A stretch of DNA of 64,000 nt from Cyanidioschyzon merolae (Eukaryota): assembly GCA_000091205.1 (NCBI GenBank), contig AP006490.2. One strand, 5' to 3'. Below the pieces are notes generated by a model. That model had not been told where the DNA came from, did no database searches, and worked only from the letters and a program-made list of their open reading frames with translations. Shown piece by piece: positions 32,237-44,495 of this stretch; the first letter of the stretch is position 1; each line of letters begins with the position of its first letter. Both the position numbers and the translations under genes were made by a program.

Positions 32237-32709
32237 GGACCTAAACAGACAACATAGCACAGTTTGAAGCAGTCATGACGCGCCAACGTGCCGTGCGTAT
32301 GCGTCGCAGCAGCTCAGCGCCCAATGTTTTCCGCGTTACGAAATCGACGTTTCTTATCCTGGCAACCCTGGATGTGCGCTGGTTATCGATAGCTATGGAC
32401 GCTCCAGCGTAGACCGCCTCAGCGCTGGCTAGTAGACGCTATCGTCACGAGAGCGCCTACCGCCGCAGCACACTTGTTTGACAGATCTGAATCTTATTGT
32501 AACATTACGTATAAAAATATATCTTATGGTCACGGGTGCATTGCGGCGGCGGCGATCGTCGGCGTCGATGCCCCTTGTCTCCCGTAGCCTGCATCGGCAG
32601 CCTGTCTGGCGTTTGCACGAGCTTTGTTTCGAGCGCGCTGCACCACCCTAGGACACGAGGTGTCGACAACGTACCTCGTTCCGTGAGCAGTGTCTAGAGA
32701 TCGAACGTC

Positions 32710-33606
32710 ATGGCGTTCGTCAAAGTCGTCAAAAACAAGGCATACTTCAAGCGGTTCCAAGTCAAGCCTCGACGCCGGCGGGAAGGGAAGACTGACTACC
32801 ACGCTCGAAGGGCCTTGATCATCGTTGACAAAACCAAGTATAACACCCCAAAGTATCGTCTTGTCGTTAGGATTACGAACTCGGATGTGATCTGCCAGAT
32901 TGTAACGGCTCGTGTTGAAGGAGACAAAGTGATAGCAGCGGCGTACGCGCACGAGCTCCCTCGTTATGGCATCAAGGTTGGTCTGACGAACTTTGCTGCA
33001 GCCTATGCCACTGGTTTACTCGTAGCCCGGCGGACGCTGACGATTCTCGGGCTTGCCGATGCATACCAGGGTAAGGTTGAGGCGGACGGCGAGCTTTACC
33101 AGGTGGAGCCGGTCGGGGAGACCCGCCCCTTCCGAGCGGTGCTGGACGTCGGGCTCGTGCGAACGACGACTGGCCATCGGGTGTTCGCGGCGATGAAAGG
33201 CGCGGTTGATGGAGGAATCGATATTCCACACAGCGAGAAACGTTTCCCAAAGTATAAGAAGGGATCCGAGTTCGACCCTGAGGAGCTGAAAGCACGCATA
33301 TATGGTAACCACGTGGCCGACTACATGCGAATGCTACGAGAGGAAGATCCCGAAAAGTACCAGCGGCAGTTCTCTCGTTATATTCAAGCAGGAATTGATC
33401 CCGATCAGTTGGAGGACATGTATCGGGAGGCCCATCGACGCATCCGAGAAGATCCACGCGCGGTTCTAACCGACAAGTCTCGTGTAACGAAGCGCCCACG
33501 AAAGACACCTAAGTTGAGTCGCGAAGAGAAGCAGGCGCGGCTGGCGGCGCGGTTAGCAGCGCTCGCCCGCTCTGGCGCCACGGAATCGATGGTAACCGTT
33601 TCATGA
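32710..33606 (+). CDS. RPL5: 60S ribosomal protein L5 (uL18)
   Basis: '[59 protein letters not shown]...' nearly co-linear with eukaryotic RPL5. Confidence 0.95.
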   Translation: MAFVKVVKNKAYFKRFQVKPRRRREGKTDYHARRALIIVDKTKYNTPKYRLVVRITNSDVICQIVTARVEGDKVIAAAYAHELPRYGIKVGLTNFAAAYATGLLVARRTLTILGLADAYQGKVEADGELYQVEPVGETRPFRAVLDVGLVRTTTGHRVFAAMKGAVDGGIDIPHSEKRFPKYKKGSEFDPEELKARIYGNHVADYMRMLREEDPEKYQRQFSRYIQAGIDPDQLEDMYREAHRRIREDPRAVLTDKSRVTKRPRKTPKLSREEKQARLAARLAALARSGATESMVTVS

Positions 33607-34586
33607 AATGGCAACACAGGCGTACCAAAAATGCTTACCGACGAGCACGGTCAGTCGGGTCGCGCGCTTCACCAAGGACAATGCGCAGCTAGCGCAACTC
33701 CCAAAACCGCACCAGACGCAGCGAAAGCTAAAGGAGTATCGTTGCCGTTCAAGAAGCTCGAGATGCTCCTTCTGTGTATCCAAGTTTTCAGCGCAGCCGC
33801 AACCTCGTCACAAACGGTACTCGATTCAGAGCGCAAAGACGCAGATTGCCATAGTACTTGAGCGCTCGTAAACCTGCCTGCTTTACGAGCCTACAACGAA
33901 CGCACATGGAATAGCCTTGAGCATGCCGCCTCCAGCGCTGTGGTGAAGAGCCCGATACGCGGTAGCGACTCCGATCGATGGACGCACACTGCTAGTCTAC
34001 AGCATCCAGCCAGGTTAGCTGAATCGATTGCTTGATCTACTGATTGACCGATTGATTGATTCTGTACGCCCGTCCGGAATACTCATGCGGCGCTGGTGGA
34101 ATCTAGAAGCGTCCGCAGACCAAAAGACGATGCTTTGACCGGTTCAGGAGCACGCGCATCTCGCGGGAATTCTGGGTATTTCCATCCATACGGTACCGTT
34201 CGAAAAACGCATCTATGCGGTGATTCTCAATGGTGCACGATCCAAACATATTTGTTGAGACTGCCGCGAGCGCTTGCAGTGCTTTCGAGAGCCTCGAAAG
34301 ACACCAGCGTAACTCGATAGGAAGAAAGCTGCGTTCGACAAACATCAGCCGGCATTCCCGCTGCGAAACTAGGTTCGCTCGATCCAGCTGCCTTTCTGGT
34401 GTCGAGCACGACGCAGGCGCTTGTCCCAGCACCGGATGCACTGTTGCCATAGTCGCGCTATGCAACTAGGACGTTGTTTCGGTACCGTAGAGGGGGTGTC
34501 GGGTCGCGGATCCAGGGGCGATACCCCTGTTTGGAATACCCCACCACGAAGCCGGTGCTGTCGTCGGGTATCCCCACAGGACACCC

Positions 34587-35360
34587 TTAGTTCAGCGGGA
34601 GCAGCGAGGCACGCAACTTCTCGATGTACGCCTGTGGACGTGGAACGTAGCCTGCACGGTGCTGCTCTACTGCTGCCAAATACTCAGAAAGAGGCATCCA
34701 TCGAACCTGCTCCACCTCTTCTTTTTGAAGGAGAAAAGTGTGCGACGTCGCTGACGTGCCGAGCGCATCGGCTTCATCGGCGTTGGCGGTGGCGGTAGCG
34801 GCCCCTGGGATGCACACAACGTAAACGCTCTGAACCTCGCGGTCCCGGAGGTGATCGTCGACGTACTCGCTCCGTACAGTAAACAAGAGTTCCGGCTCGA
34901 CGCTCCCAATACCGAGTTCTTCTTCGAGTTCCCGCTTAGCAGCTGTCGAGAGGTCGTGTTCGCCACTATGCAAGTGCCCAGCAGCAGACACATCCCAACA
35001 GAGCGGGTGCGTATCCTTAGCCGCACTTCGGAGCTGGAGGAGCACTGCATCAGACGCGGGGTCGTACAACCATACGTGCACCGCGCGATGCCAGTCGCCG
35101 TCCCGATGAACCTCGTGCCGCAACTTTTTCCCGACAATTGTATGCAAGTCAGTCTGGTCGAGAACATCGAACCACTCGGGCTTGCTGGTACCTCTATGAC
35201 GTATGTCGGTGTAGTGGCCGCGTAAGCCGCGAGCACCGCACGAGCGCTGCACGCGGTAAAAGCCACGCCACGACAAACCTGACAGCAAACCGCACCTTGC
35301 AGGAAGACTCGCCGGACCTGAAACACCGACACCCGACAGCTGCACAAAACCTGCTTGCAT
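34587..35360 (-). CDS. Nudix hydrolase
   Basis: Nudix box 'GHLHSGEHDLSTAAKRELEEELGI'; track start 35450 is GTG, first ATG 35360. Confidence 0.65.
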   Translation of the reverse strand: MQAGFVQLSGVGVSGPASLPARCGLLSGLSWRGFYRVQRSCGARGLRGHYTDIRHRGTSKPEWFDVLDQTDLHTIVGKKLRHEVHRDGDWHRAVHVWLYDPASDAVLLQLRSAAKDTHPLCWDVSAAGHLHSGEHDLSTAAKRELEEELGIGSVEPELLFTVRSEYVDDHLRDREVQSVYVVCIPGAATATANADEADALGTSATSHTFLLQKEEVEQVRWMPLSEYLAAVEQHRAGYVPRPQAYIEKLRASLLPLN

Positions 35361-35550
35361 AAAAGCGGATCGGAAACCAAAACCCGGAGCTCGTTCCAGG
35401 CCAAACAAGCGCTCAGTTCCACAGTAGGGCAGTTGCAGCAACGCCAGCACGCTGGCACGAAGTTTTCGCGCACTCGTCGGTGGTGCCTCCTGTTACCAGA
35501 TAACGGCAGCGTTGTAGCGCGAGAGCCGATACCTCGGTAACGACGCGCTC

Positions 35551-36507
35551 ATGCTCCGTCAACTGTCACTGGTCGTGACAAGTAGATCAACGAGCTCAAG
35601 GCTCTTCGTCTCTCTAACCAAGAGAAGAGGACTGGCGTCGGCGGGAAACGACGGCACCGAAGAACCGCCCAAGTCGCCGAAACCCCAGGTACCACCGGCT
35701 GACGTCCTCGACGAGGACCTGCTCACCGAGTTGTTCGCTGCTGATGAAGACCTGCGCAGGCTTGAGAAGCAGCGCCAGCTTGAAAGCGTCCAAGAAGAGG
35801 GTCAACGGCGTCAGGAGCAGGTCTCACCTGCTGCTACCTTCTTTGGTCCAGCGTTCGCAACGGACCTGGCGCCGGCGGAGGTAGCGGCGTTGCTCACGGA
35901 GCTGGAGAAGCGCATTACGCAGGACGTCGACCCGGATACGAAAACACCTGTATCCAGACTACACGTTTCACTGTTACCCCTGCTGCACTATGGAACTCGT
36001 CTCACGACGCATCGTATGTACGTTGCGGGGCACGAGCTGGGCGAGCACCCGATGGAACACAAAGCCTCCCTCGAGGTCGATACCGACGCACTCGTGCAAC
36101 GCGGCCTGATATCGCAGAGCTTGCGTAGAGCGATGGAGGTTATCGCGGGGCAGCGCTTTCAACCGCCGTCATGCATACGTCTAACATGTGGTCGTTTCGC
36201 AAGTCGTGCGGAAAACGTCCGCTGGCTTCTTTATGTTTTCGACTCGCTGGTACAACACGCACGCTACGCAGTAGGCGAATGGGACAGACAGCAGCTCCAG
36301 CGATGGCGGTATCCAGGCGGTACCGCGGATGCTCCATCATCACACGAGATGGACTGGTTGCAGTCGCGCTGGGACGCGTCCTCTGAGCGCCAATTGAACG
36401 GATATCTGGAAGGTCTGCCTCAGATCCTGGTCAACGAGCGGCAACGCTGGTTGCGTATTGATCGCGATCTCGGTGAGCCTTTTCCCTATCCAGGAAGCGA
36501 GCCCTGA
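35551..36507 (+). CDS. hypothetical protein with mitochondrial-type presequence
   Basis: ATG at 35551; 'MLRQLSLVVTSRSTSSRLFVSLTKRRGLAS' Arg/Ser-rich amphipathic N-terminus; no recognised domain. Confidence 0.3.
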   Translation: MLRQLSLVVTSRSTSSRLFVSLTKRRGLASAGNDGTEEPPKSPKPQVPPADVLDEDLLTELFAADEDLRRLEKQRQLESVQEEGQRRQEQVSPAATFFGPAFATDLAPAEVAALLTELEKRITQDVDPDTKTPVSRLHVSLLPLLHYGTRLTTHRMYVAGHELGEHPMEHKASLEVDTDALVQRGLISQSLRRAMEVIAGQRFQPPSCIRLTCGRFASRAENVRWLLYVFDSLVQHARYAVGEWDRQQLQRWRYPGGTADAPSSHEMDWLQSRWDASSERQLNGYLEGLPQILVNERQRWLRIDRDLGEPFPYPGSEP

Positions 36508-36607
36508 GGCCCCGCTCCGAACCGCGCCGATATCGACCAGTGCCGGTGATCCAGGCGCGGCGTTCAATGACGATGATGAGACGATGATGATGGCGAAGCG
36601 ATCCGTC

Positions 36608-39052
36608 CTAGAGCGACGATGCTGGTGCCGTGTCTCGATGACCGTTGGGTTGTTCTCGGTCGAGTCGGCGTTGGTAGAAGAGAATATATGCAGAGGGCGA
36701 TACAATGCGTTTCGCGACCTCCTCTGGATCTTCGGGAAGCGCAGAGACGTAGGCATCATCGAAGTAGAACCAACGTGAACACGAAGCCCGATAGCAAGAC
36801 GCCGTGTAGTGGCCGCTACCAAGGCCGCCCATGTGATGGCTCACCGCATACAGGTCGTAGACGACGCGGTTGCCCGCAAAATCCAGCTCCAAATTGCGGA
36901 GCGGAAACTCTACGAGCACATCGAGTTTGTCCCGGAACCATGACGTGTACTGGAAACGCTTCAAATGAATGATAAGAATCGATGGTGCTCGATAGAGCGA
37001 CAGCTGCTTCCAGGCGCGTTGGTGCTTCTTGCACCGCGGACAATACCACAGATTGTCGTCATCGAGTTGCTCGGTTTCACTCCACAGATGGAGACACTGG
37101 TGGAGATCGATGGCGCCGTTCGAGTTCCGCCGATTGCCTCCGTTCGATTCACTGGCAGGGTTCAGTGCCAGAAAGCGATCGACCTGGGCAGCGTCTTCTG
37201 CGCGATGCCACTCCAGCTCGAACAAGAGCGCGCTATGCGGTGTGTGCGTTCGCGGACGAAGCGTATAGGCGTCAGCGTCGAGTTGCGGGAGTGCGCCTCG
37301 TAAACGCTCGTTGATCGACTTGCAGACTGAACGTTCATCGAGCGCATCCTGGGGTAGCGTGAACAGCAGGGGAATGCCAACGGGATCCCGATTCGGGCTG
37401 TACTGGTGTACTTCAACGAGTTTGGCGTCAGCGCCTGGGATCGCACCATTACCACACGCGGTTGCTCGCACCGCTTCCGGAATGGCGCTGAGAAGGCCTT
37501 TGCTTCCGCTCTGTGATCGCGTTCCGCGGCCCTCAAGCTGGGCCAAGGCGTCAGGGTCCTCAACTTGGATCGCTGCCAACTCCTCGACATCGCTCGCTTT
37601 CTCGATGCGTCTGCGGGCGGCTACGAGGCAACTCGTATCGAGGGCCAGACTCGCAGCCCCGCAATCCACCACAGCTATATCATCAGCATCGATGCCGGCT
37701 ACTTGCTGGAGTCGCTCTTTGAGCATGCGAATATTCGCCCGCCGTGGGATGCGCAAATCCAAACACTGTGGTGGCTTTCGATTCTGCATGTCGTCTAGAG
37801 TCCACAGTCGAATGGTGACCAGGCGTTCGCGTCGTCCTGGCAGTGGCAATGACAGATACATGAAGGGATCGTGTGTTACGCTGATTTTGTCGCATTCGGG
37901 ACACTGCACTCGAGAGCGGTACTGGCCGTGGAACAAATCGACGATAACCGAGTCATTTCGCGCCTTGTGATATCGCCATGCTTCATCCGGTGGAACGTCT
38001 TGGTCGGGATCCAGCGGTATGTACGGTTTTCGCCGTACTCGATTAAGGTCTTCGTGCAGACCGTCTAGCAGGAAAGTTATCCATTCTTGCGCATCGTGCT
38101 GGCCGTATCCCGAGAACTGGGGTGCATATCGAGAGACCTGGTACTTGAAGCGCCGCGGCGCCACCGTTCCCTGGCTCGTCGACCATAACTGGCGTACGAG
38201 CGCCGCGAACTCCTCCGCCAGCACACCGCCCGTTCCCAGTGGGTTGCTGCGGTTGAGATCCTTTCGATATTCGCCGGAGAGAAAGAACTCAGCCAACGGC
38301 ACTGTAGATGCCAAGCACTGAATAGCCGAATTCATGAAGCATGTGTTTCCCAGGTTACTGAGGCCAACAAGGCCTGTCGCCCGAGTTGCAGCGATCGCGT
38401 TTGTCTCTGTGGAGAGTTTTCGTACCCTCGCCCGTCGAAGACTCTCTTCACTCGAATACAATTCCGTATTATCCGTGATCATCGCATCGCGTACGGTGCC
38501 AGTAGCAGGTAGCGGCTCGGCGGAGTCCGCTAAGAAGAGCGGACCAGCGTGGAGACTCTGGATATCTGCCTCCTGGGAGATAAACCGCTCTTCGCCGTCG
38601 ACTAGGACACGCAGTGGGCGAACTTCAACAAGACCGTTGCTCATCAGAGGCAGCGGGTCTGGAAGCGGTGCGTCTGTGCCGTATTCCTCGGCGAGTTGCC
38701 GGTACTCGGAGTCCGGAATCAGTATAAAGTCCTCGTATTCAACGAGACCCGCGCGCAGGAGCTGGGGCCGCTGTGGATCCGTTAGTGTTGAAATAGGCAT
38801 CGCCTCCGGGTGTTCAACACGCTGTTGGACCTGCTCACGGTACCAAGTCGCTGGTACAGCCCCGTAATAGCGCGTTGGTGCAGCGCCGTTGTGCTTGGGG
38901 CCGGCGGGCTCCGCCTCGGTAGGCGCCTCGTGCGTGCAGCCGCCGTCACCAACAGGGGAAGCGCGCACTGCCCCGTTCAAGTCCGTTGCACTTTCCTGAC
39001 GTGCTGCACTCGCATTTGGTCGCTTGCTTTCCGGTTCCTGATAAAGTGTCAT
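36608..39052 (-). CDS. ubiquitin carboxyl-terminal hydrolase (USP family, DUSP-containing, USP4/15-like)
   Basis: Cys box 'GLSNLGNTCFMNSAIQCL'; His box 'YDLYAVSHHMGGLGSGHYTASCY'; N-terminal DUSP-like region. Confidence 0.9.
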   Translation of the reverse strand: MTLYQEPESKRPNASAARQESATDLNGAVRASPVGDGGCTHEAPTEAEPAGPKHNGAAPTRYYGAVPATWYREQVQQRVEHPEAMPISTLTDPQRPQLLRAGLVEYEDFILIPDSEYRQLAEEYGTDAPLPDPLPLMSNGLVEVRPLRVLVDGEERFISQEADIQSLHAGPLFLADSAEPLPATGTVRDAMITDNTELYSSEESLRRARVRKLSTETNAIAATRATGLVGLSNLGNTCFMNSAIQCLASTVPLAEFFLSGEYRKDLNRSNPLGTGGVLAEEFAALVRQLWSTSQGTVAPRRFKYQVSRYAPQFSGYGQHDAQEWITFLLDGLHEDLNRVRRKPYIPLDPDQDVPPDEAWRYHKARNDSVIVDLFHGQYRSRVQCPECDKISVTHDPFMYLSLPLPGRRERLVTIRLWTLDDMQNRKPPQCLDLRIPRRANIRMLKERLQQVAGIDADDIAVVDCGAASLALDTSCLVAARRRIEKASDVEELAAIQVEDPDALAQLEGRGTRSQSGSKGLLSAIPEAVRATACGNGAIPGADAKLVEVHQYSPNRDPVGIPLLFTLPQDALDERSVCKSINERLRGALPQLDADAYTLRPRTHTPHSALLFELEWHRAEDAAQVDRFLALNPASESNGGNRRNSNGAIDLHQCLHLWSETEQLDDDNLWYCPRCKKHQRAWKQLSLYRAPSILIIHLKRFQYTSWFRDKLDVLVEFPLRNLELDFAGNRVVYDLYAVSHHMGGLGSGHYTASCYRASCSRWFYFDDAYVSALPEDPEEVAKRIVSPSAYILFYQRRLDREQPNGHRDTAPASSL

Positions 39053-39797
39053 ACTTCAGTACGCAGTTTATCACACCCGTGTGTGTCTGCAACGTCGAGC
39101 AACACAGCGTTCGCTGAGACGGCTACGCAAGCGCCCCGCGACTGGAGGAGTCCCTCTGCCAACGCAGGCGGCTCGTACGCGTGGCGTGTCGTCTGGGGCG
39201 GCAGCGGCTTCGCGAAACGCGCGTCGATGCCCTGTTGCCGCCGCGCTACACAGCGCGTCCGCACAAGCGATCTGCGGCAGCGGCCTGCGGAGCGCGGGTG
39301 CTGATCAGCGAATCGTCCAATGGATCTCTATGTCCACTTATAACAAACATGTATAGATACGTTCTACGTTAGACAACTTGTTAAGCGGATGCTGCCGTGG
39401 GCTTCCCTGTCCGTCTAGCACCATAATATACATTTATATTCTATATTGTATAGTTGTTTTAGAGCGTTCATGCCTGGATGGAGCATGCGCCTCGGTGTCG
39501 CGGCGTGCGGGCAACAGCGCGCGCCCGCTGCCTGTGGCAGCCTGCGCACAGATGGCAGCTGCAGCCACGGCCGCAGGTATGCGCCACCATGGACCGGTCG
39601 GTACGCTATACCGTACACGTTGACGCGCAAGCGATATACGGTGCAGGTGCGAAAAGCGTATTGCACCTGCACGAAGGGAGCTTGGCTACGGTTCCATTCA
39701 GGTGGTCGGGCTGGTTCGGTAGTGGGCGCGGACTGACGTCTGAGGATAGGTTCTCCTGTTGCTGCGTCGGTTGTCCAAAAGGGAACGCGCCTGTGCT

Positions 39798-40889
39798 ATG
39801 AGCTCGGCAGACTCCCGAGAGCATAAGCGGCTTGCCAACTTTTTGGCTGGTGCACTGTCGGGGCTAACGACCACGTTGGCGCTTCAACCGCTAGATGTCG
39901 TGAAGACGCGCATGCAACAGACGATGCTGTTCTCGAAGACCGTCGGGCTGCTGGACGAGAGCCGCGTTCGGTTCGATCCGAACCGCGCCCAGCTGCGGAA
40001 GCCGCCTTTTCGCCCAGGCAAGGCCTGGCGAGCTGCCCGCAGTGTCGTTGAAGAAAACGGTTTACTGGGTCTTTGGCGGGGCACAACGCCTACAATCCTG
40101 CGGAACATGATGGGCGTAGGCGTTTACTTTGTGACGCTAAACCAGCTCGCTACTCGCCTACGAGGCTCGGATCCGGAGCTTGCCCCACAATATGCGCTCC
40201 TGGCCGGTGCAACTGCCCGCTCCGTTTCCGCGACGCTGCTTTGCCCGCTGACCGTCATCAAGGCGCGATTCGAAGCTGCCGGGCCGCGCGAGTACCGACA
40301 TGTGTTTGATGCTCTCTACAAGATCGGTCGCTACGAGGGTATTCGGGGACTGTTCTCGGGGCTTTTGCCAACGGTTCTACGCGACGCCCCGTACTCGGCG
40401 CTTTATGTATTCATTTACTTGCGAACTCGCGATCGCGCCCAGGAACTCGCTCCCAATGTGAACAGCATGGTGATTAGTTTCACTTCGGGGTTTGTTGGTG
40501 GCGGCCTCAGCACGCTTCTGACTCAACCACAAGACGTTGTGAAAACTCGAATGCAGCTCGCTCGACATGTCGAACTAGAGCGCGATCAGTACGCAACGGT
40601 ACGAATGGCCATTAGACGCATCTGGCGCGAGGAAGGCATGTTCGGGTTTTTCCGAGGAGCATCGCCGCGAATACTAAAACGTTGCCTGGGATCCGCCATT
40701 ACGTGGATGATATACGAAGAGGTCGTCGTGGTGATCGACAGGTTGCTCGGGGCAGCGATTCCGGCGCCGGGAACATCGCCCGCTGCATTAGGTACGAGTG
40801 CGGACACCAAGACACGGCATGGTGGCACACGCCAGACTGCCGCTGCCGCCGCCGCCGTTGTTGGCTCGCCAGGTGCTTCGCAACGATGA
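39798..40889 (+). CDS. mitochondrial carrier protein (SLC25 family)
   Basis: Three 'PxDxxKTRMQ'-type repeats ('PLDVVKTRMQQ', 'PLTVIKARFE', 'PQDVVKTRMQL'); track start 39759 is TTG, first ATG 39798. Confidence 0.85.
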   Translation: MSSADSREHKRLANFLAGALSGLTTTLALQPLDVVKTRMQQTMLFSKTVGLLDESRVRFDPNRAQLRKPPFRPGKAWRAARSVVEENGLLGLWRGTTPTILRNMMGVGVYFVTLNQLATRLRGSDPELAPQYALLAGATARSVSATLLCPLTVIKARFEAAGPREYRHVFDALYKIGRYEGIRGLFSGLLPTVLRDAPYSALYVFIYLRTRDRAQELAPNVNSMVISFTSGFVGGGLSTLLTQPQDVVKTRMQLARHVELERDQYATVRMAIRRIWREEGMFGFFRGASPRILKRCLGSAITWMIYEEVVVVIDRLLGAAIPAPGTSPAALGTSADTKTRHGGTRQTAAAAAAVVGSPGASQR

Positions 40890-41368
40890 CTGGCGAATCG
40901 TCCGTATCCAAAAACGTTGCAAACCTCCTTGATTCTACCAGGATGGGACGTGCACGCCCCAAGTTTGTGATTTGAAAGGAAATCAAAGCTCTGTGTACAT
41001 ATATGAATAGGAAATAGACCCACTCTCGATCGCTCCGACAGGCAACTCTTTCCCAGAGACCATTCATAGGTGCGAATCGGATGTCCCTGTCGCAGCAATA
41101 CCCCAAATACGTGGCATCCGCGGAACGAAAGCTGGGCGCTGTTCGAGCGATACGCAGCGTAGAGCGACCCGCTTACGGAATTATCGATACACGGATTCCT
41201 GCTCGATGCGGATAACTGGTTCACGTTTCTGCACAATTCCGTGCCTATGCGCTTGTTACACGATGCAATATGATCGCGACAAACGCACGGCTACGTGCAA
41301 CATATCAGCCGCAGAGGGATTCTCATGAATCGCTTCCACTTCCACACCCGAGTCCAGCGAGCGTTCGT

Positions 41369-41872
41369 CTACGTACTGGGCACGAAGTCGAGCAGTTCGA
41401 CCTCGAACTCGAGTGCTGCCGACGGAGGAATCACGCCGGGTATCCCGCGCTCGCCATACGCCTCACTGGGATCGCAGTAAATCCGAGCAAGTTCGCCTCT
41501 ATGCATGGAACTTATCGCGCGATCCCAGCAGGGAATCACTTGACCGATTCCGAGTTCGAAGGTAAAAGGCTTCCCTCGTTTGTATGAAGAGTCAAACTCC
41601 CGACCGGTATTGACAATAAAGCCGCGATAGTGCACAGTAACGATGCTATTCGCGGCGGGCTGCGAGCTCCTCGGGTCGCTGCCGGCGGCAGGTTCACCGG
41701 GTCGTAAAACCCGCTTTCGAACTCGTCTCGAAACGATCACGAAGTTGGTCACTCGGTTGAGTAGAATGATGAAACACACAACGACAAGGACCACGCGTAC
41801 GGTGTTTGCTCGCGTCCAGAAGCGGTTTGCAGTGCGCGCGGCGCTGGACGTGCCCCGCACAACCGAGGCCAT
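41369..41872 (-). CDS. FKBP-type peptidyl-prolyl cis-trans isomerase with N-terminal signal anchor
   Basis: 'VTVHYRGFIVNTGREFDSSYKRGKPFTFELGIGQVIPCWDRAISSMHRGELARIYCDPSEAYGERGIPGVIPPSAALEFEVELLD'. Confidence 0.85.
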   Translation of the reverse strand: MASVVRGTSSAARTANRFWTRANTVRVVLVVVCFIILLNRVTNFVIVSRRVRKRVLRPGEPAAGSDPRSSQPAANSIVTVHYRGFIVNTGREFDSSYKRGKPFTFELGIGQVIPCWDRAISSMHRGELARIYCDPSEAYGERGIPGVIPPSAALEFEVELLDFVPST

Positions 41873-43403
41873 CAGTGGAGGCGAATGAACTGGAACACGT
41901 CTCCTTCGCGACTGTTGAAGCTGTACTTATAGCAAAGCTTAGATGTTACGGATATATCTATGAAAATCGTTCTCTCGTACTTGTTCTTTTTCTAGTTGAA
42001 CACGGGGCACGCTTTCTGCAGTGGCAGATTCGCCTGGAGTCGTTGGTAGCGAACAACGCGGCGCGAGCGCAATGGTGTTTGCATTCGGATGCACTCGGAA
42101 GGATGGACAAGCCGGTGCAGGTGAGGTGTTTCTGGGCTACGACCTTGGCGTACTCTCGCTGAGCGTTTTCCAGTGGTCGCAGTATGCGCTTCCGTGCCGA
42201 CATTGGGAGCTTACGCTCGAGATTGTTTCATGTGAGACCTGTTATTCCCGCTGGGCAGAGCGTTCGCACGACAGTCGCATCCAACGTGACACATCGAGCA
42301 GACGCCCCTGCACACGAGGGTACTTTATAGTCGTTCTGTCTCCGCGCGGTGCGCACAGCAAGCACTCGGCATTCAGAGGGTCGTACGAACGGACCACGAC
42401 CCCCAAAGGCAAGTCTGGGTGACGGCTGCTGGCCCGCTGAGCTCTAGCGCTGGTTGATGCCTGCTTTCCTAGATGTCGATAGCTGACGCGCACTCGATGC
42501 TCCCTGCATAGATATAACGAGCCTGCACATTGAAGACTCCAAGGTAGCTCAGCGCTGGTGATAATGGAATTGGTCCTGATAATATGCCTCTTGTCTGGAG
42601 GCGTGCGTCGTACAACTCGTCTATGGAATGCACGCATATCTGGATCGGTCTCTTTCATGGTGTTTACATCTGTCCACAATGGACGCTATACGATGCCACG
42701 TGCGCTGCGCTTATCGAATCCATAACTCCACACGAATTCTGGGGTGCTTGCCTGCCTGCCTGCTGCCGGTAACCAGGGAGCAGTCCTCCGTTTCTCTGCG
42801 GACGATTCCGGAGTTCACGCGCTCCGGTCCACGATGTCCATCTAAAATCGCGGCTCGATGGATCCAGCAATGTTGTGGGTACCGAGCCTGTCGAGGGCGT
42901 TCGTCGCGGTGACGGATACGACAACGCAGTTTCCGTGTGGAGACGGCATCGCCGACGACGACGACGACGCCATATGGGCATGCGGCACCTCTAGTTGTAT
43001 GCGCTGCCGTCATTCCACCCAGACAGCTAGGTGCATTTCTGCATAGGAACGTTGCGTGCTCGTTTCAAACCGTGGTGCATTACGCGCGGACGCTCCTCCC
43101 GATGCGATCAAAAAGGCTGTCGCATTCACGATACCTGCTGGATCTATGGTCAATCGGTGAGCGCGCTCTGCCCACCGGAATCGAACAGGTTCCTGCATGA
43201 ACGATGCGTGGTGGACACGTCGCAAGCGGAACAGATCATGTGGATTAGTTTCCAGGGGTTCAATGCAGGTTTCAGTGGGCGCGTGGCCGTCCGTTCGCGC
43301 CCATGCCAAAGCGAGGAGCTGCTGGTGTCCCGTGCGCTCACGATGCAAGCCTCCACAAACGAGACGAAGCTTCACGGCGCGAAACGCATGTTTATATGGC
43401 CTG

Positions 43404-44495
43404 TTATCGCCAGAGGTCTGGAAACAGACGCTGTCGAGCTCGTTGCACATAGACGAGATCCTCGCCGGGGAAGCGTTCAAGGAACCATTCCGGAGTACGT
43501 GACGGGTCACCGAGTTGTCTCCTCCGGGTCGCTCGATAATAATGGCATTCATAGAGTTCGCGATTCTTTCGTCGATCAAAAATGGTGCTTCCCGACGGAT
43601 ACGGCGGCATAATGATATCGAGCATAGCGCACGGCTCTCGAACTGCAACGAGCTCGTGAATATTGCCTCCAGACCTGGGGTAAAGCGCCCAGGCGTCACC
43701 AGCTTCGCGCTCTGAGCGCTGAATTGTCGACTCTGCCCAGCCTCCATTGCAGTGCATCCATTCCAACTCTTCGTAGTTGGTGTAATGATCCGTCGCAAAA
43801 TCAAACGCGCGCATAACAAGTGAGCCCCAGAGCACACGCGAGACGACCACCATTCCAAAGTGGTCATGCAGTGGCAAGTACGCTCCCTTCGGCAGGTAAA
43901 ATACCCCGACGGAAAATAGATCAGACTGCTCGGCACCGAAGACGTACTGGATACGGCGAGTTGGCCACCTGCACTCCTCTGGCCAGCTGGCCTCCGGGAG
44001 CGACACGTCTTGGCTATGCTCCGCACCGTCCACAGCGCTAACTAGGTCCGATTCGGAAAGTTCGAACTGCGCAACGTCCACACTATTTACAACGGCCATG
44101 AGAGCGCTCACGTGCTGTCTAGCTTCGGCTTCGTACGCGTCGCTGAGAACGTGCGGCGTGCGCTGGCGTGCGTGTCGGAGCTCCAGCGCGACTCGCTGGA
44201 CGCTCTCCACGAGCACTTCCGCATCGCGCCTATGACTCGTGCCTTTACTCGCAGTGCCGCCCATGTACGGCCCGCAGTGACGCGAGCGTATACGAGTGCT
44301 TCTCAAACGAAACACGCTCCGAAAGCGAGGCACGGCAACGCGTACCCAAGACAGCATACCACGAGCGTCAACGATGAACGTCGGTACGCGCAGGCCACGT
44401 GCGTCGTCGCAGTGCGAAGCGCCCGGCATGCGCTGCCACCGCGGCAAAGCTACGAGGTAGAGTGTTTCGGAGGGGTTCAGAAGGAGGACACCCAT
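43404..44495 (-). CDS. ADO: 2-aminoethanethiol (cysteamine) dioxygenase / PCO-type thiol dioxygenase (cupin)
   Basis: 'FSVGVFYLPKGAYLPLHDHFGMVVVSRVLWGSLVMRAFD' = PCO/ADO core motif. Confidence 0.75.
   Translation of the reverse strand: MGVLLLNPSETLYLVALPRWQRMPGASHCDDARGLRVPTFIVDARGMLSWVRVAVPRFRSVFRLRSTRIRSRHCGPYMGGTASKGTSHRRDAEVLVESVQRVALELRHARQRTPHVLSDAYEAEARQHVSALMAVVNSVDVAQFELSESDLVSAVDGAEHSQDVSLPEASWPEECRWPTRRIQYVFGAEQSDLFSVGVFYLPKGAYLPLHDHFGMVVVSRVLWGSLVMRAFDFATDHYTNYEELEWMHCNGGWAESTIQRSEREAGDAWALYPRSGGNIHELVAVREPCAMLDIIMPPYPSGSTIFDRRKNRELYECHYYRATRRRQLGDPSRTPEWFLERFPGEDLVYVQRARQRLFPDLWR

Noticed and set aside
43010-44026. 338-aa minus-strand ORF overlapping the ADO/PCO gene in another frame
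   Set aside because: ADO frame carries the diagnostic PLHDHFGM cupin motif; this frame has none.
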